Assembly (NCBI RefSeq): GCF_001194135.2
Contig: NC_068994.1
Span: forward strand, 29,038,681 to 29,102,680
Origin: Octopus bimaculoides
Lineage: Eukaryota
Direction: 5' to 3'
DNA: 64,000 bases
The stretch's first letter is position 1. Each line of letters opens with the position of its first letter. Both the position numbers and the translations under genes were made by a program. Of this stretch, positions 24,308-35,779 are shown piece after piece. The notes beneath the pieces were generated by a model that saw only the letters and a list, made by a program, of their open reading frames with translations, made no database searches and was not told the origin of the DNA.

Positions 24308-25811
24308 GAGGAAGAATGTTCCTAAGTGATGTAGAGAAAGATTTGGATGAAATGTTTAGTATAAATTAAGGGACAAAGTAGCACACAGAAAGAACGGAAA
24401 AGATTTAGTTGAGAGTGGCAGGAAAAGGAGAAGGAATTTAAGTGAGGGCTCAGCAAATTTTGGAAGAGAAGTTATTATTATACTAATGAGAAGGTAGTGA
24501 AAATGACACAACTTGATTGGAGAAATTCTGTGGTTATTGATGTTCTAAATGTATTTAGTGTTACACATTAGAATGCATTTAGGATTTGTACAGCCTTCAC
24601 AGTTAATCAATAAGTTTTAGCCTATAACAATAGAGGCTCAGTCATTGTGGTTGGTTGTGTGAATAATGGAGAATTATCATAAGCAAATATGGAAGATTTT
24701 AATGACAATGACAGTTTTAGTAGGGGTTTTGTAAAGAATGAAATGGACTTCAGCTGTGTTTTATAAGGAGCATGATAGTTTTTTGTTTTCTCTCTCTTGT
24801 AATGGTCACAATGATTATTTAGCTGTATATTGTAATGATTGTAATAGTTTATTTAGCTGTAAAGATTGTAATGATTTTTAAACATTTAAATCTGGTGTTG
24901 AGAAAAGTGTCATGGCTCATGAACGGTGGAGGTGGGGAGCAGTTGTTGTTTTTTTGTGCTTTACTGTGTGTGTTATGATGTGTTGAATGAATTTAGATGG
25001 TGGCATCCCATAGTAAAAAGTTTTGGCAGTCTTCATTCATGGAAAATATATTAAGCATGGTGGGACGTGTTGATGTTGCATGTGGATAAAGACTTGGGTA
25101 TGAAAAGGAAAGAGGATTGTTATGCAGTGCCATTGGCTTAAGATTGTATATAGTTGGAAGTGACCTCATGAGAGTCATTGACGTAAAGGAGAAAGAAGAC
25201 TGAAGAGAACAAAAAAGCCCTGCAGTACACCTTCATTGATAGAGGGAGAAGTGGAAAGAGCTCCAGAAACACATGCTGCAACGGAGTGACTTGTCAGGAT
25301 GTAGAAAATGAAAAGATAAATAAAATAAATAAGTAAATAAAAAAAATAAAATACCACAAATATAAAATGATTAAGATTTTGGATGTTTCACAGTGACATT
25401 TTTCTACAGTGACATATTTGTACATATACCCCTTGCCATGAATACTACAAAGGGTAAGATTGCAAATAGTTCCACTAACATTGGCAATGCTACAATGGCA
25501 TTGAAGTGCAATAATGGTATTTTTATGACAATGTGCAAAGATAGAACACAGAAGATAGAGATATCCACTAGAATTTTAGAGGACAATCTCTACATATTCC
25601 TTACAGCCATCAGTCCACCTTGTCGAAACTTGCTCGCTTGTTAAAGTTTTTTCTATTATGAAGAAGTATGGTGACTATGTATGTATGTGTGTGTGTGTGT
25701 GTGTGTGTGGAGGGGGGTATGGTAGAATGGAATAAGAGACCACTGCAATAGTAGCATGGCAACAAGGAAGGGGCAGGTGGGTTGGGCTAAAAAGAGGAGG
25801 GAGCCTGAAAT

Positions 25812-26831
25812 TTAAACAAATACTGAAGAATTCGGATTATTGGGTTCGGTTGAATTTGGGTTTGGATGAAGCTGTGTTTGTGGGTTTGGCCTTTGCCCTG
25901 ACCTTGCCCCACTTCCTGCATTCCCACTAGCCCCATGGTGTCCATGTGAGCTCGGTGGGCCATGATTGTGTTGGTCCCCACCAAAAGGTGATGTATTAGA
26001 ATAGTAGCCAACACCCTTTTCACTGTTGCCAGCATTACCGGTATTGTTGACTCCTCCCGTTCGGGCAGAAGATGATGAAGATGAAGACGAAGGCGGTGAT
26101 GTCGGTGATGTTGCACCAGCATTTGGATTGAGTGATGACAGCCGCTGCACTTGATGAGCCTTCTCATGGCATTTTAGTATCGATCGATGCATGAAAACTT
26201 TGCCACAGAGATCGCAGCAGAAGCTTTTCTTGTGGGCATGGTTACGCACATGTGTCTTCAAATTCCCCTTTTGGCTGAACGACTTCCAGCAGATATCACA
26301 CTGGAACGGTTTCTCACCAGTATGGCGACGCCTGTGAATTTTCAGGTTTCCTCTTTGACTAAAACATTTCTGGCAGATTTCACACTGGAATGGTTTCTCA
26401 CCTGTGTGTGTCCGCATGTGATTACGGAGTGTTGAGATATGATTAAAGATTTTTTTACAAGTATCGCAAGGATATGATTTTGATTCAGTGTGAGCAGACT
26501 TTTTGTGTGCCTTCAGCTGGTCATAAAGTGGGAAGTTTTCACCACAAATATCACACTTGAAGTTTTTACTTTCAAAATGGTCTCGTTTGTGTGCCTTGAG
26601 TTGGTCGAATGTCTGGAAATTGTCCCCACAGACATCACAGCTGAATTGGTGTGGCGGTGGGGGTGGCTGTGGCTGTTGGGGAGGAGGCAGTGGCTGTGCC
26701 TGTTGGCTGTTGCTGTTGTTTGGTCCACTGTTGTCGCCCTGGTTACCGTGATGATGGTGGTGGTGATGGTGATGGTGGTGGTGGTGATGGTGACCCATGC
26801 CACCACTGTACATTGGCTGCATTGGAAACAT
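25812..26831 (-). CDS. C2H2 zinc-finger transcription factor, 339 aa, six fingers, N-terminal poly-His and Q/P tracts, S/G/H-rich C-terminus
   Basis: Intact ORF with six C-x2-C-x12-H-x3/4-H fingers and two canonical TGEKP linkers, in GC-richer sequence than its flanks. An in-frame TGA lies 15 nt upstream of the ATG. An acceptor CAG at 26842-26840 could join upstream exons. Confidence 0.92.
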   Translation of the reverse strand: MFPMQPMYSGGMGHHHHHHHHHHHHHHHGNQGDNSGPNNSNSQQAQPLPPPQQPQPPPPPHQFSCDVCGDNFQTFDQLKAHKRDHFESKNFKCDICGENFPLYDQLKAHKKSAHTESKSYPCDTCKKIFNHISTLRNHMRTHTGEKPFQCEICQKCFSQRGNLKIHRRRHTGEKPFQCDICWKSFSQKGNLKTHVRNHAHKKSFCCDLCGKVFMHRSILKCHEKAHQVQRLSSLNPNAGATSPTSPPSSSSSSSSARTGGVNNTGNAGNSEKGVGYYSNTSPFGGDQHNHGPPSSHGHHGASGNAGSGARSGQRPNPQTQLHPNPNSTEPNNPNSSVFV

Positions 26832-28381
26832 GAGGTCAACTGTTCACTCACAGAAACTAATATATTTTTTAGATGTAAATATGTTTACACCTTTTATATA
26901 AATTTCTTAATTATTGAATTAATTAAAAAATGATTATCTTTTTTTAGTTTCAAACAACAACAACCACGACAATCACAATAACAAGGACAACAACCACAAC
27001 AACCACTGCCTCTACAACAATTATGACTTGAAAGTATCACCAGATACTTCAAGACACAAATAATACAGTAAACTACTCTTTAAAAATGCAACTGAAATTG
27101 TTTGTATCAGATCAACCTCTTTAACAAAATCAGGTTTACAGTGTGTAACCCAGACCAGTAAGACGGCTGCCACTTGAAGTAAAATGTTGCATCATGGGTA
27201 ATAACAGAGAATACTGATGACAGAACATGTCTTTTGTTACTTTTCATTTACTTCTTTTCTTTTCTATTATTCCTATGTTCATTTTTCTAAGGAACAACAT
27301 ACTCTCTTCATTGTCATCAGTTAAACTGAAATTGTATAAATGAACTTAAAAACACAACTTGAAAGTCATTCATTTNNNNNNNNNNNNNNNNNNNNNNNNN
27401 NNNNNNNNNNNNNNNNNNNNNNNNNNNNNNNNNNNNNNNNNNNNNNNNNNNNNNNNNNNNNNNNNNNNNNNNNNNNNNNNNNNNNNNNNNNNNNNNNNNN
27501 NNNNNNNNNNNNNNNNNNNNNNNNNNNNNNNNNNNNNNNNNNNNNNNNNNNNNNNNNNNNNNNNNNNNNNNNNNNNACAAATGCCAGTAAAATTTTCAGA
27601 CAGAGCTTCTTCATATTTTTGTCCAGGAAATTTTTATGGGATTTTTTATAATAAAAAAAAGATTAATGCATATGAAAAAATTTCAGCATAAAGCACACCA
27701 AAAAAATAAACTAAAAGATTAATTAATACAAAAAATATCACCAAAGAAACTTTTTTTTTTTTTCACTTCAGCAGACAAAAAAACAAATAAATATCATTAC
27801 TTTGGGTTCTTCGTAAAAAAAAAAATCCCTTTAAATTGTAAATGGTTATCAGAAAGATTGTTTAATGTTCTTCTGTTTTCTTTTTATCTGCAAACATCTA
27901 ATATAAACTTTTTAAAAATACTGTAAACTCATAACTCTATTCCAGTAATTTTGTAAATCAGAACCATGTGCAGGTTTAAGTTCAATTGTTTTCTTGGTAT
28001 CAGCTTTCTATAAACAAATTCTTGTTTGGTTTAAAATAACTATTAATCTCTTTATGTTACTATCTTGATATACACATAACTATACAAACACACATTCAGA
28101 CAGCTATACAAACACATTCACACACACACACACACATATGTATACATGTGTACGCTTATACATATACCCACTTATAAAATATATATGTCAGTATTTATTG
28201 ACATTGGGATATATCTATGTTTTTGTGTGCAGTAAATAAAACATGTCAGAAAAAATAACAAGCACCAAACTGGTCCATGCAATCTTGGCATGAACTGAAA
28301 GTATTTAGCTGGAGGAAGGACAGTGGGCAATGAATGGTCTGAAAACAGCTTGAGACAATCTCAAGAATGATGATGCTTTAC

Positions 28382-28577
28382 CAGAGTTGTTACACTATTG
28401 AACCACAAACCAGATTGCACTTCAATTTAACGCATTGATATCAATGTCTGTAGTTGTTCTATGTGTGATTTTGTCAAATTTAATGCTGTAGGTGTCATTG
28501 AAATGCAGACTGAACAGCTTTACACTGTGCCTATTGGCTCTATATCTGGAGGAGCCATCTTCTTGCTGTGGTCAAAC
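28382..28577 (-). other. Candidate 5' UTR exon of the zinc-finger gene
   Basis: Strong acceptor tttctttctaaactcttttgCAG|G; donor CTG|GTAAAG. All three frames contain stops; includes a short uORF, MAPPDIEPIGTV*. Confidence 0.45.
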
Positions 28578-28669
28578 CTGCAAAAGAGTTTAGAAAGAAA
28601 TAGAACGATATTAAAAATTCCACTGATTTAACAAATAAACAATGTTAGAATATTGTAAGGTCATATAAT

Positions 28670-28890
28670 ATATTGGTTTTAAATTTTGGCACAAGGCCAG
28701 CAATTTTTGGGGAGGGAGTAAGTCAAATTACATCAATCCCAGTGCTCAACTAATACTTATTTTACTGATCCCAATGGGATGAAAGGCAAAGCTGATCTTG
28801 GCGGAATTTGAACTCAGAACATAAATGGACAAAATGCCACTAAGCATTTTGTCCAGCATGCTAATGATTCTGCCAGCTCACAGCCTTAAT
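28670..28890 (-). mobile_element. Family-A SINE
   Basis: ggcacaaggcc ... gatgaaaggcaaagctgatcttggcggaatttgaactcagaac ... tgccagctcacagcctta. Confidence 0.9.
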
Positions 28891-29053
28891 TTCATATAAT
28901 ATATTATCAAACAGTTAATAGTTAATAATTAAATTCAATCAGTTCAAATTGATTTTGATTTTTCGTAAGCACAGCCTGCTAACAGGCTGTAATAATTTGG
29001 TCTATTTTTGATATTTTATTATTAGTAATAATTATTGTACCAAGCAAACTTAG

Positions 29054-29062
29054 GCTTACCTG
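29054..29062 (-). promoter_or_regulatory. Candidate splice donor (CAG|GTAAGC) of a further upstream exon
   Basis: Near-consensus donor 482 nt upstream of the 28578 acceptor, on the same strand as the zinc-finger gene. Confidence 0.4.
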
Positions 29063-29559
29063 GCTTCCTAATCCATAGTGCTTAGTCTCCCATCCTTATT
29101 ATAGTTGTATTAGATGCACAGCAAATTTTTGATACATTTAAATACAAAAAGAAGGCATGTCTTGTATACTGGTAAATATGGTTTATAAAAATGCCTATGA
29201 TTAATCTAAGACGAAGGAGAAAAGTGCCAATAAAGCTGCAGTAGATGAACTGAATGACACAAGTTAGAAGTAGTACAACAAATATGAGTTGACTAGTTTG
29301 AGGCAAAATAGGTCTGATTATCTTCACACTTTTGAAAAATATCTTGAGTACACCATAGATCAGACAAGAGATATGCATGATGCCACCATGACAAAACCAA
29401 CTATCAAGTTAGTCAGATTAGTGATGCCTTGTATGTTGTCATATAGAACCTTGCAATGATGCTTGTCATCTCCTTATCCAGCCTTTTGATATCCTTGCAG
29501 CATTCAGACATAATGAGTGGGAGAAGAGTGACAGAAAAATGAGTAGAATAACAGTAAAA

Positions 29560-29870
29560 GGGTAAAAAGAACCCCTTGGTTATGAATGACTTTGAGATTA
29601 CACTTAGAAAGTTCCCCTCCGAGGCACAAGTCTGGCCAAGGTTTATGGACAAGGTTTATGTTTATGGAAGACCAGCAGTCAGCCATGCATACCAGCCTGA
29701 TACAGCTTGGCACCAGTTACGTTGCAATTCATTTCTACAGCTGAGTGAACTAGACTAACTTGAAATAAAGTGTCTTGCTCAAGAACACAACACAGCCTTG
29801 TCCAGGAATTGAACTCACAACCTCATGATTGTGAGCCCAACACTCCAACCACTGAGCCATGTGCCATAGA
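29560..29870 (-). mobile_element. Family-D SINE with TTTACCC-type tail
   Basis: tRNA-like head on the minus strand; tail region matches 63250-63385 and 62989-63010. Confidence 0.8.
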
Positions 29871-30379
29871 ATAACAGTAAACAGCTATATAAAGAAAACA
29901 TTAAAAAAAATAACAAATTAACCAAAACCAAAAGCAATTTTAAAAATCATTTAAATGAAAATAAATATTTTTTTATATATAATAATTATGACAATGATAA
30001 ATATTTAATGCCCAATTCCATTAATTTATCAAGTTCTAATATATTTAATTAATTTTTTTCTAATATAATTCAGAGTCCTAAATTTGGTGTCAAGCAGTCA
30101 TATTTATTATTTTAATAATTAATTATTTGTATTGATTAATTTCTACTGTTGGGGATAAAAAAAATATAAAAAAACAAAAACCAATTCTTGGTCTAACAAT
30201 TCAGAAAGTAAATCTTTTGAAAACAAGTGAAATATATCTTTTAATGAGCTTAAATTGACATTTTCATGTTTCAAATAATCTTATTCTGAAAGAATCTTTA
30301 TGTTTTTTTTTTTTTAAATTAAATTTGAGTTTTTGTTTTCTTTTTCTTATCTTTTTCCTTTTCCTGTCTTGCAAGTTAA

Positions 30380-31153
30380 CTGGTTACCTCACTAGTGCTG
30401 GTAGCATGAGATAAGCACCCAGTACACAATGTAACGTGGTTGACCCTTGCAAGGGCATCCAGTTGTTGAACCTATGTCAAATGTGAAATAGGGTTCAATG
30501 CAGCCCAGCAGATCACCAGATCCTGTCAAACTATCCAACTCATGTCAGTATGGGAAACAAACATTAAATGATGATGATGATGAGGAGGAGGGGGATAAAT
30601 AAAAAATGATAACTTTTGCACATAAACTTGCGCCCAAAACCACTATCTTTGCACCTAAAAATCTGCTTTTCTACATACGACTTATTAGATATGAAAATTG
30701 GGAAATTTTTAGGTAGTGCAATACTATCCTCTAAAGAAACTATACTATACACAGATCTAGGTGGAACCAAACTAAAACCAGTCAGAGTTTGGAACCATAG
30801 TAATGCTATTCTTCTTCTTTGCACTTTTTATTTAAGTTTATTAACAAAGCTCTCAATATCACAAATTTATTAGAGCTTACCTCAAAATGTGATCACTTGC
30901 TTCAGAAGTGTGTGGGTGTGCATGTGTCTTTTGTGACAATAGTAATTTTGATGTTTGAAGAAAGCATCACCATTATTATTTATCATCCACTTTCCATGCT
31001 TGCAAAGGACAGACAGAATTTGCTGAGGCAAACTTTCTACAGCTAGATGCTCTTTTTGTCAATGATCACCTGTTGACAAGCAAAGAAATATTTCCCCATG
31101 GCCAGACATGTTTTTCCACAGAAGACTGGAAACGAACATCACTTGCATGATGG

Positions 31154-31204
<51 letters not shown>

Positions 31205-31365
31205 GAGAAATATACAATGGACTTCTTTCAGTTTCTATCTACCAAATCCAATTGCAAGGCTTTGGTTTGACCTACAGCTATAGTAGAAGACATTTGGTCA
31301 AGACACTTTGCAGTGAGACTGAACCACAAAAGCTTCTCAACCACACAGTCATGCCTACTCCTGTG
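30380..31365. mobile_element. Cluster of short repeats: family C (+, ~30380-30585), C-related (-, ~30960-31150), family B (-, ~31210-31365)
   Basis: Diagnostic motifs shared with the other copies listed; the 30960-31150 piece also matches ~50250-50350. Confidence 0.7.
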
Positions 31366-31639
31366 TAAGTATACTAATTTTTTCTGGGACTTATTTTCAT
31401 TCGAATTTTCCATGTTTTGCCTCATAATCTTTTTTCTATTTCACTAATTTTGACAAAGTTTATAGAATAAGATTTCTTTTACTGAAATCTTTTATTTGAG
31501 CGTAATTAAAAAATAATAAAGAAATAAGGTAACAAGACAGACAAAATGCTTAGCAGCATTTTGTCCAATGGACTAATAATTCTGTCAACTGACTACCTTG
31601 ATAATAATACGTAACAGAGATATAGACATCTATTAATGT

Positions 31640-33560
31640 ATGAAAAAATTAGTTGGATAATATTGCCAAAAACTAAGATGAAATTTAACAGGAACCTGTC
31701 AAAAATGATTAAGTGAACAAAAAAAAAAAAACTGGTAATACAACATTTATTTTACACATTACTCTTTATCACATGTAATTAGTGCTTGAAATACCACATA
31801 CTTAAACATGAAGCCACAGTACAAAACATTATAACATAAACTGATGAGAATACAACCAAACTACCGACAGGCCAAATCAAGCAATATATAAATCTGGCAA
31901 ATGTACCATATTTTACACATCTCATTATAAACACAAAATGCCTTCTGCACATCATTAGAATGCTGGACAAAATTTTTAGTGATATTTCTTACAACAATGA
32001 GATAACACAGCTGGTTATATCAACATAGCACTGAGGGTACTCTAGACCCAAATGATATAGGGGAGGAATCCATAGAAAGAAACAATGTAGAAATAAATAA
32101 TGAAAAAGATGCAGTTATTCGTGAGCTAAGCAAAATCAAATACTCAGATATGCAAGACAAGAGAGAGCCTACTGAAAATCCAAATATTTACATTGGAATA
32201 AAAAAAAAACATCAAAATAAATTACGCTGCCTTGAAGATACTGTTAAATGAAATCAATAATGACATAACAAATATAAATCAGGCAAACTAAGCCACAACA
32301 TCTGCAGCATATAAAGAATTAAGAAGTAAGATTAAGAAAAGTAAACTTGTCAAGTACAAGGTACCAACATGGAAGGTTAAGATCCAAAAAGAAACAGATG
32401 CTTTAAGAGGAGAATTCCCCATTCTGGATGAATTGGCAATAGGTTTTATCATTAACTCAAAAAATAAACAAATATATAAATCTCAAAACAATCATGAAAT
32501 ACTTAGCGTTAAGGAAGCAGCCAAGCAAAAGCAAAAATGCAACTAAAGGCATAAAGAATATGTAGAGTTGAAGAACGTATAAAATAAGATATTTGAGACC
32601 GACATGAAGAAGTGTAATAGGGAGACAGGAAAAACAAAGAAAGAGGGTTAAAACTCCTCCCTCAATTAACAAAGTTCACAAATTTGGGGAAAAAATATGG
32701 AATGAATCAAAATAGCAGAACCAGACAGTGGAATGGATAGAGAGAGAGAGAGAGAGAAAAAAAGAAAGGAAAATATTCAACAACAGATATGGAAGGACAG
32801 TTATGTGGAAAGCATAAGAATAGTTCTTAAAAAAGCTCAAAAACTGGAAGTCCCTAGGAATAGATAAGATTTCAAATATCTGGCTGTCTAATCTTGCAGC
32901 ATAACATAAACTATTAGCTAAGTCTTTTTCTTATTTAATAAAAATGCCTTCTGAAACTCTTTTGTGGTTAGCATAAGGTTGAACTTTTCTTCTTCCCAAA
33001 TCTGATGAAAGTCATGGCCCAAAGAACTATAGGCCTATCACTTGTCTATCCAGTTGACATATCCATCATAACAGAACATATGTACAATTCTAGTCAAAAA
33101 ATAGTATCCTCTTAAACAGAAGGACTGTAAAAGAAGCTCCACATGGCTGCAGAGATCAACTTCTCAACTAAATGATTCTTGAAAACTGTCATGATGGATA
33201 ATCAAAACTAAGCATTGTATAGATAGACTATTGAAAGGCCTTTGATAGTGTACTTCATTCCAGAATTACCTTGGCATTAGAAATATACAGAGTCCTGTAA
33301 TTTCAAAATGTCTGGAGCACAACAAAGCCCTATGGAACACAATGCTTCTGCTCAACCACAGTAAAGAGAGATATAAATGAAAAAGAATAAAAATTAACTG
33401 TGATAATTTTCAAGAGAATTCTCTTTTTTCCTTTCTGTTTATACCTCATTCCTTTGTCTATTGAGCTCCACAGTACTCATTTAGGATATTTAATACAAAA
33501 CAAGACAATTAATCACCTTTTCTACATAGTCAACCCAAAATTATATGCTAAAGATGACAG
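31640..33560 (+). mobile_element. R4/Dong-like RLE non-LTR retrotransposon fragment (RT region, decayed)
   Basis: NYRPITCLS, QKDCKRS..GCRDQLL, LSIV*IDY*KAFDSVLHS, FCLYLIPLS...INHLFY..KLYAKDD. Confidence 0.8.
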
Positions 33561-33569
33561 CTACGAGGT

Positions 33570-34240
33570 CTTATCACACCATGCTTGCCACACTCATCCA
33601 CCTTCCAACAAAATAGTTAGAAGGCAACACCTCTCTCTCCACTCTTATTGTCTTTTTCATGTGAAACTTGAAGAATCTGATGAGGGATTGGCCAAAAAAG
33701 AAAGTGTTTGTCTTCATCCCTTTCAATCTCATCCATCATACAACCACTTTCCCCAAGGCTACCAGGCATATAAAACCTGCTTGCCCTTCCCAGTTTAAAG
33801 GTGGCAGAGTGATCTTCACAATGGGCTCAGTTGATAGCTGGAGCCATCCTACATGTGATAGCAAGTGTTTGACATAAACTCACAGGTCAGCAATGCTTGG
33901 GCACTGGATGAGTGTGTGCAGGATGATTTCGTTGCTTTGCATGCATCTCAGACATGATTGGCTGATGGCTATTCTATGCCTGTAGAGTTTCTCTCAAACT
34001 GGCAATGCTCCCTTGTAACACTGCCAGGCCAGGGATTTCTGGAAGTTATCCAATGGTCCTCAGCTGAAAGTTTCCTGGAAGAGAATGATAGTTGATTGTC
34101 TTCAATGCCCAGAATCTCCCTAAGAACACCACTTTTACCCACCATTAATTATCCATAAAAGATTAAGGTGGATTTTCTACCTATCACGATCCCCAACTAG
34201 AAGGCTGTGAGTGCCTGAAGACATTCCAAGTGCTCTCTCT
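33570..34240 (-). mobile_element. Tx1/L1-like LINE C-terminal (zf-RVT) fragment
   Basis: DNFQKSLAWQCYKGALPV*EKLYRH....SCLRCMQSNEIILHTLIQCPSIADL, a C-x2-C-x7-H-x4-C knuckle. Confidence 0.75.
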
Positions 34241-34789
34241 CTCTCTCTCTCGGTCTCTGCTTGACCCAGGACTGTTGTTCCATCAAAGAGATGAGCTGGG
34301 GGAACACATGTCTATAATAATAGTAATACTATTTTTTAACTACAAGGGTTGACAAAAGATCTAGGATAGCAGAGGATGATACAGAGTGAGATGACATAAA
34401 GAGAAATTATAGAGCCTTCACCACCTAAAAAAAATTCAAACAAAGAAAAGTTCCCCTAAAGGAAAGATATGCCTCTGAAGGTTACTTGTGGAAACCTTAC
34501 AAAAGCTATGCCCTGAACACTAAGGCAAGTGCCTTTTTTTAACTGTTCTTCTGGTGCATGCTCAGAGCAGGCCTGATCACTTGGACTATACTATGTTTAC
34601 CATACTCATTCCCCTTTCAACAAATTTGTTGGGTGGCAACACATGTCTCTTCACCCTCATTTTCCTTTTCAGGTGAGACTTTAAAATATTGTTGAGGACT
34701 TCGCTAAAGCGGAAGGTGTTTGCCTTCTGCTCTATTAATCTTGTCCACAACTAAACCTCTTTTGCCAAGGCGACCAGATCAAAGGAACA

Positions 34790-35005
34790 TGGTAGGCAGA
34801 TCTGTCCTACATATAACAACAGTTGCTTGACACAAGTTAGTAATGCTTGAGCACTGGAAAAGCATGTTCAGAACAGTTTTGTTACTCTGGACACATCTGA
34901 AACAGGCCCAGCTGGCAGCAGTTCTGTGTCTGTAGATTTTATTTTGAATTAGAATTGCCTCCACTTCACTTTGGTAGTACTGCAAGCGAAGGGTTTCTGC
35001 AAATT
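34790..35005 (-). mobile_element. Second Tx1/L1-like zf-RVT fragment
   Basis: NKIYRHRTAASWACFRCVQSNKTVLNMLFQCSSITNL is homologous to the 33570-34240 fragment. Confidence 0.65.
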
Positions 35006-35074
35006 GTCCAATAATAATAATAATAATAATTGATTCTACCAGCTTGATGCTGTCAATAACAATAATAATAATAA

Positions 35075-35721
35075 TCCTTTCTACTATAGGCACAAGGCCT
35101 GAAACTTTGGGGAAGGGATTAGTTGATTACATCGACCCCAGTGTTTCACTGGTACTTATTTCATCAATCCCAAAAGAATGAAAGGCAAAGTAAAACTCAG
35201 CGGAATTTTAACTCAGAGCACAATGATGAGCGAAATACTGCTAAGCATCTCACCTGATATGCTAATGATTTTTCCAGCTCACTGCCTTATCAATAATAAT
35301 AAGATGCAGTACCAGGCACTGGTTCTCATGGCTTCTGATCTTAACTGATTGGAAGTGTTATGTACATGTTTTGCCTAGGTATAAAAGATGGGCTACAACA
35401 AATATTCTGCTCAACACCACAGATTTGCTTGTCAGTCGTTTGACTTTAATCAGTTGAACATATCCCTTGGTGGTTGACGATATGTGCATCTCAGAAGTAG
35501 TTGGGGAGCATCATAGCCATATGCTGAGAAGAATCCTTTGGGGTTTGAATAATTCACCTCTAGAATCAACCCCTATGTTTCATTGGTGGTTAATTTATCG
35601 ACCCCAAAGGGATGAAAGACAAACCCGACCTTGGTAGAATTTGAACCCAGAACATAGTGACAGGCAAAATACTGCTAAGCGTTTCATCCAGTGTGCTAAC
35701 GATTCTTCCAGTTCATTGCCT

Positions 35722-35725
<4 letters not shown>
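35075..35725 (-). mobile_element. Two family-A SINEs (~35075-35290, ~35585-35725) with (AAT)n flanks
   Basis: Family-A motifs; (AAT)n at 35010-35075, 35290-35300 and 35725-35772. Confidence 0.85.
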
Positions 35726-35774
<49 letters not shown>

Positions 35775-35779
35775 AATGA

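Noticed and set aside
24848-24853. Minus-strand AATAAA as poly(A) signal of the zinc-finger gene
   Set aside because: No convincing downstream GU-rich element, and the hexamer is common in this AT-rich DNA.
25787-26933. Alternative-frame and antisense ORFs overlapping the zinc-finger gene
   Set aside because: Shadows of a GC-richer, trinucleotide-repeat-containing CDS; no domain signature.
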